Shown here in pieces: positions 51,351 through 63,562 of a stretch of DNA of 64,000 nt; the first letter of the stretch is position 1, and each line of letters begins with the position of its first letter. The stretch lies in the NCBI GenBank assembly GCA_951406725.2, contig OX597816.1, forward strand, positions 173,600,001 to 173,664,000, read 5' to 3'. A program made the translations under genes and the position numbers. Under the pieces are notes generated by a model. It saw only the letters and a program-made list of their open reading frames with translations, was not told the DNA's origin and made no database searches. The DNA comes from Octopus vulgaris. Taxonomy: Eukaryota.

Positions 51351-52050
51351 AAAAAAAAAAAGATACTGAATTGGCAAAGGACTTTCTACAAAAGCAGTGA
51401 ATTGCCAGATTAGTTAGAACACAGTGTAGAATACCTTGCAGAATTCATTGTAGTTCACTGTGGTCTGATTTCAAATCCTGCTGAAGTCAACTTTGCCTCT
51501 TATCTTCTGTCAAAAGAAGAAATTATCAATCCACATCAGTGAACTGGAAGAAACAGTGAAGCATCCTATGAGATTGTTCTGTGTTATTTGTTCTGACTCT
51601 GAATCCTATTTAGGAAACCACCAGGTTCTGACATGCTTGCAAACATTTGGTCTAGGTCTCTGGCTTGAGAATAACTTGGAGGCCCAGAAAAAAATTAAGG
51701 ATCACTCCTCCAGATTAAGGGGAGAAAAAAAACTACACAACAACCACACATATTTTAGTGGCAGATGTAAATAATGACAGTGCTGAATACAGTGACATAT
51801 TTATATACCGCATAAAATCAATGTCAAGATTTAAACAAAAATGAACCTACACCTACACAAATCTGTGCACAAACACACACACACACACACATACATATAT
51901 ATGTATGAATGTATATATGATGGGCTTAATTTCTGTCAACCAGTTTAACTGTCAAAGCATTGGTTACGTCAAGATTATAGTAGAAGACACTTGCACACAA
52001 TGCCACACTGCAGGAACATGGCTGTGAAGTGAACTTCTTAACTTCACAGT

Positions 52051-52109
<59 letters not shown>

Positions 52110-52164
52110 ATATAAGAAACTGAAATGACAAAAGTAAAAGAAATTTGTCAGGAACATTATTTGC

Positions 52165-52540
52165 TTACTCTTTTACTCAGTCATTTGACTGCGGCCATGC
52201 TGGAGCACCGCCTTTAGTCGAGCAAATCGACCCCGGGACTTATTCCTTTGTAAGCCCAGTACTTATTCTATCGGTCTCTTTTGCCGAACCGCTAAGTAAC
52301 GGGGATATAAACACACCAGCATTGGTTGTCAAGCAATGCTAGGGGGACAAACACAGACACACAAACATACACATACATATATATATATACATATATATGA
52401 CAGGCTTCTTGCAGTTTCCGTCTACCAAATCCACTCACAAGGCTTTGGTCGGCCTGAGGCTATAGTAAAAGGCAGTGGGACTGAACCCGGAACCATGTGG
52501 TTGGTAAGCAAGCTACTTTCCACACAGCCACTCCTGCGCC
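52165..52540 (-). mobile_element. SINE family A copy
   Basis: Reverse complement of family A with a small internal deletion. Confidence 0.88.
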
Positions 52541-53018
52541 TTACAGCTGTTTCCACAATAAGGTGCAGCTATGAGCACATTGCATCTTATAGCAGAAACA
52601 GCTGTAAGCTAATGAAGTTCATGACATAAATTTCTTTTACTTTTGCCATTTCAGTTTCTTATTACTGTTCTGTACTTCACTGACACTTCATTCTGATGCA
52701 TATGTGTACTGAATTCTGACATCAGGTTATTAGTATTGCTATGCCTAAGTGAAATAGTAGAGCATGTGCACACACACACACATAGAGGGAAAGAAACAGA
52801 GAGATGGTAAAGACTGATCAATTCTAGCTTCTGGTAAAATGTGTAGAGTTTATTGTACATTTATGAAGGTAATAATGTTAATTCAATGTATATAATGGTT
52901 TTTATATTGGTAAAAAGTAGGCAGCAACAATTTTCATTTACTTTGGATACCACCATGAAAGTACTTAACTGCACATTTACCTACAAACATAATAAAAGGA
53001 ACCAGCAGGATAGACACC

Positions 53019-53150
53019 ACACAGCTGATTGACCTGATTGACACAGCTGATTGACCTGATTGACACAGCTGATTGACCTGCTTGACACAGCTGATTGACC
53101 TGCTTGACACAGCTGATTGACCTGATTGACACAGCTGATTGACCTGCTTG
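53019..53150. repeat. Minisatellite, 6 x 22 bp (acacagctgattgacctgattg)
   Basis: Units at 53019, 53041, 53063, 53085, 53107 and 53129. Confidence 0.95.
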
Positions 53151-53324
53151 AAATGACAATGGTATTTCATTCAAATCATTCACTACTATTCTGAAACCAG
53201 GAAGGGCACATTTAAGTGATGAACCCCTAGATACACAACCACTATAGTTATTTAAAAATACACCATTTGACTATAGATCTACAGGATCGCAGCTTATCTG
53301 GAGGTCAACATTTCATACACACAT

Positions 53325-53375
<51 letters not shown>

Positions 53376-53783
53376 CATGTTCATACTGTTGTCACCCAAC
53401 TCTACCTCATACTAACGCTGGTGAAATATTATTTCTTTAAATACCATTCCAGCATAAAAGTTAAACCATCACATCGCACAAAGATGCTCCCAATCTTGTT
53501 AACTGATTGGACGAAATGTTATCTAATACATTCTAGGACAACATCTTTGTCCAATTACACAATGCGTAAGTGCTTGTATACACACACACACACACAGAGG
53601 TGGATAGGAGATGACCACACACGTCCAAACATAATCTTTAAATTTTTTAATGTTAGTCATCATGAAACTGAGAAACTGCATGAATGTCAGTGAATTCAGA
53701 TGAACACTTAATTCAATATGAGCAAGTATGGGACATATTATATTTGTGTGGGTGTGTGTGTATACATTTATATATATATATAT

Positions 53784-54260
53784 AAACAATTGCAGTGTGG
53801 AAGGTGTTTGTAAGCCATTTAAGAAACACACAAAAGCCGTTCAATTCGCTTCAACATTTAAGTTTAATTTGTCAAAATATTTTCGTCGCTTTAAGATCGC
53901 GACCTGTTCACTCTCAAAAATCCGTGCTGCATCTGAGAAAGTAACAGTTAGTTCATTATATATATGTACGAATGCATACATACATGCATGCATACATGCG
54001 TGCACACACACATACATACGTACATATATATAACGAACTAACTGTTTCTTTCTCAGATGCAGCACGGATTTTTGTCAGTGAACAGGTCGCAGTCTTAAAG
54101 CGACGAAAATATTTTGACAAATTAAACTTAAATGTTGAAGCGAATCGAACGGCTTTTGTGTGTTTCTTAAATGGCTTACAAACACCTTCCACGCTGCAAT
54201 TGTTTTCGTTCCAGCACACGATCTCAGATCAAATCACTTGCTATGCAAGTATATCTCCGT
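53784..54260. mobile_element. Inverted pair of Penelope-like terminal-repeat fragments (~185-bp arms, microsatellite spacer)
   Basis: 53784-53970 is the near-exact reverse complement of about 54019-54205. Each arm carries a GTGAACA...GAAA hammerhead-like motif. Confidence 0.7.
54071..54121 (+). ncRNA. Candidate type I minimal hammerhead ribozyme, G3-C8 variant
   Basis: tttgtca | GTGAACA | G | gtcgc-agtcttaaa-gcgac | GAAA | atat T T | tgacaaa: 7-bp stem I, 5-bp stem II and palindromic stem III. Confidence 0.55.
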
Positions 54261-54309
54261 AATATATATATATATATATGAGTTTATATGATTGTGTTTA
54301 AACGAATAC

Positions 54310-54597
54310 ATTAATCAATGAAATTCTGACTTAGTCTGATTTTCACATTTTATTATTTGCAATTTTTACGATTTTACAGTATTGAAATAAACTAGTACTT
54401 TCATGGATTAGGCAATCATCAGGTTTATGTAGTGACAGTCATCTCCCACAGTCAACTGTGGGAGATGACTGTCACTACATAAACCTGATGATTGCCTAAT
54501 CCATGAAAGTACTAGTTTATTTCAATACTGTAAAATCGTAAAAATTGCAAATAATAAAATGTGAAAATCAGACTAAGTCAGAATTTCATTGATTAAT
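54310..54597. repeat. 288-bp palindrome (143-bp arms, 2-nt centre) with a hammerhead motif on each strand
   Basis: Arms read as exact reverse complements by eye around ca at 54453-54454. Motif ataaac-CTGATGA-..-GAAA-gtac-TA-gtttat at 54479-54520. Confidence 0.85.
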
Positions 54598-55460
54598 ACA
54601 CACACACACTCACCCCACAGTATACATACATACATATACACACATGTACACAATTGTTTGCATACACATATAAATGTATATGTGTGCATGTCTTTGTATG
54701 CATTTATATATGCATATACCTACACAACTGTGTGTATACACATGTACACAAATACACACACACACACACACTAATATATGTTAATGTGTATTGATTAGGG
54801 CCAATTTATTTGAGTGTTAAACTATGAAAGGTCAATAGTTCAAAGATTATCTCCTATATCACTTATCATCTCTCACTGGCTCAGATGTTACTTCATCTAA
54901 AGGAATAACAGTAGGATGCAGATGAGTCAAAGTCTGTCTTTCAGTAACAAAGTCACATCATATGTCAGTGAATCATGTTTGTGGCTCTCCTTTCACTCCT
55001 TGTCAAGACAGCCTTTGTTTGGTCCAACTCCTATACAAAGGCAAGGTATGGGGGCTCTCTCCATTGCTCCTATGGTAATTGTGAAGCAGTAAGTGGGTCT
55101 CTGGCTGGATAGGGGCCAAGTACATGCTTTTGTTTAGTAAGCTGATGATGTGATGAGCCTATCCCTCTACAAACACTAAAATATAAACACACATTAACTC
55201 ACACACACACACATCAGTGTACAAACTGCTGTAAGCACATTTAATATATACATTATTAAATGTATTTTCTAATGTAACCAGGTGTATAGCAAACAATACT
55301 TTGACTGTGGTAGAAACAAGGAAACTTTTGTCCTCGAACTGGTACAACTACTTTATCTCCAAGAAAATCACAGGTTACTGAATCAATAACATGTTTGGTA
55401 ACCAACCAAATAGTGTGTGGTTCATATATTTCTAGTGCTGCACTGTCTGGAGAAAGGACA

Positions 55461-55762
55461 CATCATCATCATCATTGTTCGACCATGGTTGAGACAATGG
55501 AATTTACCATGCTACGCCAGACTTCACGGTCCATCATAGCATTACGGAGGTCCTGTTGCTGGATGCCTGTATCCCTGGAGATTACATCAGGGTAGGAGAG
55601 TGTGCACCCTCTGGTATTGCGAGTAGATGGCTTCCAGAGGAGAAGAGTAGAAATTACCTCTTTTTCAGCTCTACAACAATGTCCAGCAAACTGGACTCTC
55701 CTACCTTTCACAAGAGATGACACAGGTGGTAGTTTCCCATATATTTGCATTTTGGTTGGATG
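55461..55762 (-). mobile_element. 3' end of an RTE/RTEX-like LINE
   Basis: PTKMQIYGKLPPVS..RRVQFAGHCCRA..LLWKP..SYPDVISRDTG..DREVWRS* followed by (GAT)n. Confidence 0.8.
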
Positions 55763-58700
55763 GCTTCCACCCAGCTGCAAAATTGTGCTTAGAAACATGT
55801 AATTTGCCGGTGGAAGCAATGTAAAATCCTTCCTACTCATGATTGAAGAAAGGGCAGAGAGAAAGAACTTGAAAGGGAGGAAGAGTGGACCCATGGTGGA
55901 AGCATGAATAAATACCTAGAAGCCATCCATAGCCATCACCAACAAGAACAATGTTCAATCAGCATCACCCTTCCCACATGCATTTTCCCCTCACAACCAA
56001 CGCAACAACAGTATCATCGCCATTAACAAGTCAATGGAGGAGCCCCTGAAGGGTCACTCAACCTGCTAGAAATCACACCCTATCATCTGGGAAGGATGGA
56101 ATGTTCATGAGTGAAATACCTTTGATCGGAGCTGGTCTGGAACAACACTTTCAGTGGCCACCATAACCAACCAACAGCATACAATCACCAGTATCCATTC
56201 ACCATCACCATCACTACACATACTACTACTACTACTACTATTGCTGCTGTTGCTGCTGCTGTTGCCACTACCACCACCAGAAGAAGAAATGTCAACTCAG
56301 TAACCTGCAAAAAATAGCCTGAACATTGTTGTTGCAGATATACAGACATGATGGTCCTGACTGGAATGACTTTGCTTTTGCGCAGTCAGGGCTAACCAGC
56401 ACCATCAGCAACATGTCATGCTTGCACAGTGTGTGTGTGTGTGTGTGCAGCAGTAACACAAGCATATTGGAAACACCAGAGAAGGTCTCTGGATTACACC
56501 CACTCACTCACTTGACCGATTATTTATGCATCACATGTCCGCTCAAGGCTACACAACAACTACACCACCATCCCCATCCTCACAACTGCTAAGTCCATCA
56601 CTACCACCATCAACACCATTCCACCGCAACCGATAATATTAAACTTTAAATTGGATTAACTGTTGTGCAAAGCAAGTGCCAGTAGAACAGGAAATGGCTT
56701 TGTATAAGTGTGTGTGTGCAGAGGAGTAAATATTGATTTAATGCATGAGTAATCACACACACAAACACACACGTGTGTATACATTACTCTTTGTTTTGAG
56801 ATTTAGATTCTCTTCACTTTATACATTTTCCATTCAGTTACGACCCAGGAGACTATAGAAGAAGTAGTTCTGTCATTGTTCTCAGAATATCTCTAGTGCT
56901 GATGGCATGATAAAATCCATGCAGTCCACACTGTTGTAGAGTTGGTGACAGGAAGAGCATCTGGCTATAAAAAAAAAACCATACCAAAAAGCAACAGCAT
57001 AATGTACAAAACAACAATGTTTTTTGAATATCTCAGTTACTGAGTGTCTGAGACAACAAAGGACTGCAGCTGGAAGCAAGATATTTTGAGTCTCAGACTT
57101 TCTTTGTTCTTTTCCATATCTTTTCCTTCTCTGCATATGCAGACAGATGTCAACATAGTTTGTAGAATATACTCTGTATCAACTGTCAACTTACAAATTT
57201 AGCACCTTCCAATGAACATTATTCTCATATGTTGTACCAAATAGCACTGCTGGTGCCGGCTTATAACCAGGTGTTTAAATCTAAACCAAACCATTCTGTA
57301 GTTACAGCAGTCCATGATGGTACCCCATTAGACTAAGAGTAGCAATCTTTAATACATGTAGCTACTATACCATTATACTATTTGCTAAAGATAGCTTTTC
57401 CTTTGCTCTTAGCTGCAGCCAAACTCACAACAAGGCTGCAGTTTACTAATCAACACTTTTCCTTTTGAATTCTGGCAGCTAGGACATCATGGATTTAGCC
57501 ATAATCCCACTGCATTCACCCTTCATCTGGATCGTACACATATAAACATTTGTATATGTAGAGAGAGAGAGTGTGTGTGGTGGGGGGATATCCAGAATAA
57601 ATCCTTTTGTGCTCTAGATTTAAGAATTAGTTTCATTCATGCATGGCCTTAACCACATTGCAGCTCCAGACCCACATATTCATTCTAGGTGTCAAAATTG
57701 CTTTAAGTCTAACATTATTTCAAGCAGGTTGGGAATGTCTGAGCCAACAGACTGTGGGCCAGAAGCTGGAGGGTGTGACTTTATGCCAATCAGTTAGGTG
57801 GCCCTTTGCTGAATGTAGTCTACAATGTCTGTGTTTATTAAGGCAAATTATTATGCTCTTTGGAATTGAGTAATTTTCCCTCTATTTTTCCTTCATCAAC
57901 TCAGGACTCCTCTATCCATTTCAAATAAAGTGAAATAACTTCTATCAGATAAGGAGCAATGACATAATTTGTCACAGCTGTCACACACGAGTCCTGTTTA
58001 ATATGTGACATAGTGCTGCTAACAGTTCATCCAACCTTTGGAACAAATGCTGCCAACTGAATGTGACTGACCTTTACAGCATAAGTAATTTAAGGAACAT
58101 CATCAATTTTCAATTAATCACCAGGTTAACAATATGAGAGACAGATTTTTGGTCATTTTCTGTCATAGGAGGTTCCCTCAGCCTTTTCTGGGCCAGAATT
58201 ATAAAAGCATTGCAAATTTCAATTATAGCAAAAATCTTTTTGAAATAGACTCTCTTTGAGGAGAGAAAATATCTATCTGTCTGACTGATTTCAAATCTAA
58301 GAATACAGCCATCAACATATAAGCTATATATGTCTCTATTTTCACCTCAGATATAACCAAACAAGATTTAAGATCAGTCATCAGACCCACAGATAGGAAG
58401 AAAAAGACATTTGTTTACAATCGTCACAAAACAGCAATGGCTTAGGTGTGTTGCAAAAAAGTGTTTTACCTTGCACCATACCATACAGTTATAGAAGAGA
58501 ACGAATACTGTTTAGTGCATAAATAATTAACTTTTCATTGGGTTAATTTTAGCCTAGAAAAGTCCTTAATTACTGACAGCTGAGTGCAATGGCTATTGCA
58601 ACGTAAACCATCTTAATGCTCTTATCAATGAGTTAATCCTTTCAAAGTCCATAACATGCAGTAATTGTAATGACTATAGCTAACGAGTTAACACTTAAAC

Positions 58701-59399
58701 AGTGAATCTAAAAGTGGTTAATCTTTTTATATAGCAAAAGTTATTTTTAGAAAAGTCAGATTTAGTAATAGTATCCATTATAAGATGCTGCCAGTAACTA
58801 AGGACTATGAAAAGAGGAACTAATTGATAATAGGGTTTATAGTTTGTTTTGTTATTTTTTTTATTCATTCTATACTAGTGGGTAACTCGGAAATTGGCAA
58901 GTGATAAATGTTCAATTTTGCAGTTAATTACTTGCAACAAACTGCATTTAAAGGGATTAACTTCATATAATATTTATCATTTTGCTCCTCTTTATAATTT
59001 AGTAAATAGTAAAATCCCTTCCATTACCTTCCCATTCCTCTACCCACCCCACCGAAACCATTTACATTACTCATTGTCTTCCCTTCCTACTGTTTCTACC
59101 AATCACCTCCTATCTTTGCCTTCAGCCCATGCTCTCTCCCTCTCTGTTATACTCCATCTTTAATGTCTCTCAAATATAAACCATAACCCCATCCCCACCC
59201 CCAAGCCACTCCTATATCTCTCACCATCACTTGATCCAATCACCTGTATCCTATCTTTCCTCACCTATGAAACCTCCTCTCTATCCCACCTGCCCACTCA
59301 CCTGGTCCAATCCTCTGTGTCACTTCACCTATGTACCCTACCACTGTGTCTTGAGAGTATGTTCCCCTGACACATCTTTCTCCCTCTATCTTTCTCTCT

Positions 59400-59808
59400 A
59401 TCTCTCTATCTTTCTCATTCTCTCTCCTTTCTTATCCAACTGGGCTATTCTCGTGTCTCCTCTAGAGCAAGACACCAACCTCTAACCCTGTCATACTTTT
59501 TAACCTCATCAACTGGCACAAAGCTATCTGCCTCAAATCTACCCCCCACAAACACACCTAGTTGACGGGGGGGGGGGTCTTTGTCTTGTAAGTTACTTGG
59601 TGACCCTACTGGTACTGGTTCCATGAAAAAAGCACCAAGTACACTCTGTAAAATGGTTGGCATTAGGAGGGGCATCCAGCTGTAGAAACCATGCCAAAGC
59701 AGACAAAAAAGCTTGGCACAGCCCTCAGTCTTGCTGGCTCTTGTCAAACCACACAACCCATGCCAGCATGGAAAAGAGACATTTTAAATGATGCTGATGA
59801 TGACGATG
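59400..59808 (+). mobile_element. Old RTE-LINE 3' UTR copy
   Basis: ggttggcattaggaggggcatccagctgtagaaacc..cccatgccagcatggaaaa..gatgatgacgatg. Confidence 0.65.
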
Positions 59809-60352
59809 AATTATACAAATAATTATATTCAATTTCACATGGACAGTTAAACTTATAACTGTGCATTTCAAACATGCATTCAGTTGTCAGTCTTTTAATG
59901 AAACAGAGAAGTGGTGATGTCATTACAGCTAATTATTTACTGTACAGGGGAAGACATGGTTGTCCAGTTAAATAGCTCACTTCACAACCATGTGCTTTCA
60001 GGTTCAATTCTATTGTGCAGCACCATTGTCAAGTGTCTTTTACTCTAGATCAACCAGTGCCTTGCAAATGAATTTGGTTGAGGGGAGCTGTCTGCAAGCC
60101 TTGTCCTGTACGTGTGTGTTTGTATATATGTACAGGCTTTTAGCTCACCACTTGACAAATGATGTTAGTTTGTTTATGTCCCCATAACTCAGCATTTCTC
60201 AAAAAATGACAACAAAATATGTATGAGACTTAAAATAAGTACTAGGGTCAATTTGGTTGACATCTTGGTTTCAGTACAATGAATGAAGCAAGTTTTTAAA
60301 AAAAAACATTTGGGGGTGGGGGGGTGAACAAATAGAGAGGAAACCCATTGTT

Positions 60353-60570
60353 CATTATTTACATTCGACGGATATTTGTCCTCATCTTGTTTGTTGTTAA
60401 CACAATGTTTCAGCTGATAAACCCTCCAGCCTTCTACCTGAAGAAGGATGGAGAGTATATCAGCCGAAACGTTGTGTTAACAGCAAACAAGATGAGGACA
60501 AATATCCGTCGAATGTAAATAACGTAAGTAATGTACATAATTCGTCATCTCTTAAATATAGAACTATAAG
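60353..60570. mobile_element. Hairpin-forming Penelope-like insertion with a 10-bp TSD
   Basis: Arms 60355-60434 and 60443-60522 are inverted. TSD acccattgtt at 60343-60352 and 60571-60580. Contains a CTGAAGA-A-GG..CAGCC-GAAAC motif. Confidence 0.7.
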
Positions 60571-60592
60571 ACCCATTGTTATTTATAATAGA

Positions 60593-60969
60593 CTAGCAGT
60601 ATCGCCTGGCGTTGCTCGGGTTTGTAAGGGAAATAACTATATAAGCATTTTCAGAGATGTAAAGTATAATAGCCATCTCAATATGGCTAACCACAAAGGG
60701 GGGGGTGTTACTGTAGCTTTTTACGTTCTGAGATTTAATAATAAATTTTTAGAGAGTTATATATGCCAAAAATGCATTAAAAATGGGAAAAATTGATGGT
60801 AAATTTTTTTTTAAATCGTAGACGTACGCTAATACCCAGAAGGGCTCGATATGAATCACTACTATAAGATACCGGCTTTTGGTTAAACTGCACCGCAAAA
60901 TGTGGGAGTAGTTAGGAATCTAAATCGTAGGAGACAGACAGCACACAACCTCTCTTTTATATATAAAGA
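60593..60969 (-). mobile_element. Non-autonomous Helitron H1 copy
   Basis: On the minus strand: A|TC start, hairpin, CTAG|T end. Confidence 0.88.
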
Positions 60970-61179
60970 TTGCAATGTGAACAGCAGCATCATTAGTTAC
61001 AAGTTTCCTACAGATCAATAACTGTATTTATAACGGCAGGAACGACAAAGTGTCTAAACTGATGCAGAACAAATATTCCAAGATGATGTAATACAAATAT
61101 TCCGGGAGATTTATTCATAAAGCACTGTTTTTGCAGTTTCCTCAACAATGTATAAATTGTACACTAATATGGATAAAGG

Positions 61180-61440
61180 GAAAAAGCCCCCTTCAGTCAT
61201 GAATGATCATGGGATTGTAACTAGAAAGATCAGGCAAGGTTGCTCATGGAAGACCAGTAGTCGCCCATACATACCAGCCTCCCCTCTCCATGCCACCGAT
61301 GTTATCCAAGGGAAAGGCAAAGGCCAATACAGCTTGGCACCAGTGACATCGCAACTCATCTCTACAGCTAAGTGAACTGGAGCAATGTGAAATAAAGTGT
61401 CTTACTGAAGAACACAACACACAGTCTGATCTGGGAATCC
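61180..61440 (-). mobile_element. SINE family C, older copy
   Basis: Reverse complement similar to about 37345-37600. Confidence 0.7.
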
Positions 61441-62763
61441 AAGTCTAGAGTAGAATACACTTGCCCAAGGTACAGCACAGTGAGATCAAACCCAGAACAA
61501 TATGATTGCGAAAAGAATATCCTAACTACACAGTCATGCTTGAGCCCAAGTCAAAATAAACGGTGGTGGTAGTGCTGGTGGGGTTGCTGGAAACATGGTT
61601 TCCAGTAACTTTTACTTGTGAACGGTTTAACACATTGCTCTGCAATCATGAGGCCTTGAGTTGAGCCTCAAGTCAACCCAAGTCTTCTGAGTTGAATTGA
61701 ATAGATAGAAACTGTATGGAATCCTGCTGGGTCAATGTTACAAATGCAAATATACCTCCAGAGGATTTTGTGAAATCAGATATACATTTTTGATAATTGA
61801 TGTACCAACTAATCAAAGAATACATGCGTGCATGTGTCTTGCTGCATTAATACATGCAAAGACAACCCCTTCTAATTTGTGAGTGTTCTCATTTACTTTG
61901 TTAACGTTCTTGGACAAAGCTACAGCATAAATACCACTAACAGTCCCCTAAAAATCTGATACCTATGTTAAAAAATAGAATTGAAGACAAATTTTTTTTT
62001 TGTTTTTGTTTTTGGAATGGTTTAATTTTCATGAAGGAAGTAAAAGAAACGCCAATTTGATGGAACTTTCTTGATATAAGTAACAACTGTGTTTTTGTGC
62101 CTTTGAAAAAGACATGACTAGCATATCCCTATTAGGGGATACTTTCAAAGTCATTATCCATGGAGTCGGAGTAGGTCTGATATGTGGTGTCTAGGTCGTG
62201 AGTGGAAAATAATATATGATAGGACAATGTTAGGGAGGACCAAAGAGTAATGTCAAGTGCTTAGGGTGGGCATTATTGGATCTAGTGGTTAAGTTATTGG
62301 TGTATAGAAAGAAGAGAAACAGAAACAAGGCCAAACTCTATGGCTTGCTACACTTGATAAAGTTTGCAAAGTTAACAAAAGTAGTGAAGCACCAAACTGA
62401 GTGAACTACAGTATTTAGTTTCACTCCCGCTACTTTATAAGTTCAAATTCCACCGGGGTCTTTTTTTTTTTTTTCTATTTGTTATGTCCCTAAGATCGAT
62501 GAAACAAGTACCAGATATTTGTGCAGATTCCCTCAACTCTCTCTCTCTCTCTCTCTCTCCCCTCTCTCTCTCCTTCTCTCTCTCTCTCCCTCTCTCTTTT
62601 TCTGTTGTCAGAATATAGTATTTTTTTTTATGTTTCTATGGTGGATGATATCAATTTACAGTTATGAAAGTGGTTTTTATATAGTTTTTATAGTTAAATT
62701 CTTATTTTGATATAATTTGTACTTCATGTTTTTAAATTTTTTTAATCATTTTCTGTTTTGCAG

Positions 62764-63044
62764 CACTGAAGTTTGAAATTTAAGAAAAAGTATTGCCAAC
62801 TCTCTCGTGATGATGAAAAAAACAATGACTTTTGCCAGAGAATTTAAAACACTAAACTTTCCATTCCACTGTGAGAGTCCTGCCAGTTGCTTGGCATAAA
62901 TCAGCAACATTAAGAGTATGGCTGGCTGACTGTATGATGACAGGCACCACAACATAACATTCTCATTTGCTTCCAACAATCGATCAGAATAATTTGAGGA
63001 AAAAAAAAGTTATTATTAACAGCTTAACCAATCTAATTGATGAG
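62764..63044 (+). other. Candidate non-coding (5' UTR-type) exon
   Basis: Strong acceptor ttttttaatcattttctgttttgcag| and donor gag|gtaaat. Stops occur early in all three frames. Confidence 0.28.
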
Positions 63045-63342
63045 GTAAATGAAGGAGGAAGCAAGAAACTAAATCAATAAATGTGATTAGAAAAACAAAG
63101 AAAAAAATAAAGAAAATTCCATGTCCTCGGAAACCAGAAGTATGAAGATAAATATAGATCGGTCTGCTAACCTAGTATGATAAAAAAATATCCAACTGAA
63201 ATCAAGCTATTTTGTATATACTGGAATAATTTCATATATATAGAAATAACCAGAAAACCAGAGATGAATCTTCATTAGTATAAAAATAAACTTTTCTAAC
63301 TAATATTTATATTCCTTAGACAAAAATATAACATTTGATTAA

Positions 63343-63562
63343 CCCTTTCGTCACCAATCCAGCTGAAACCGGCTCTGGCTCTGAGTACAAATGTCTTGTT
63401 TTCATAAGTTTTGAATTAAAATCTTCCATCAAACCTTAGTCTCAACTTATGTTCCTAACACTAGCTTAATGGTAACTAAGTTATTTTACTAAATTCTTTG
63501 TTACATTAAAAGTAATGGAAAAAAACACAGTGCATCTCAAAATAAATGCAGTAACGAAAGGG
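63343..63562. mobile_element. piggyBac-like MITE family P2
   Basis: TTAA|CCCTTTCGTCAC ... GTAACGAAAGGG|TTAA. Confidence 0.88.

Noticed and set aside
53728-54262. Mirror-image ORFs (NNCSVEGVCKPFKKHTKAV...)
   Set aside because: A by-product of the inverted repeat, with no recognisable domain.
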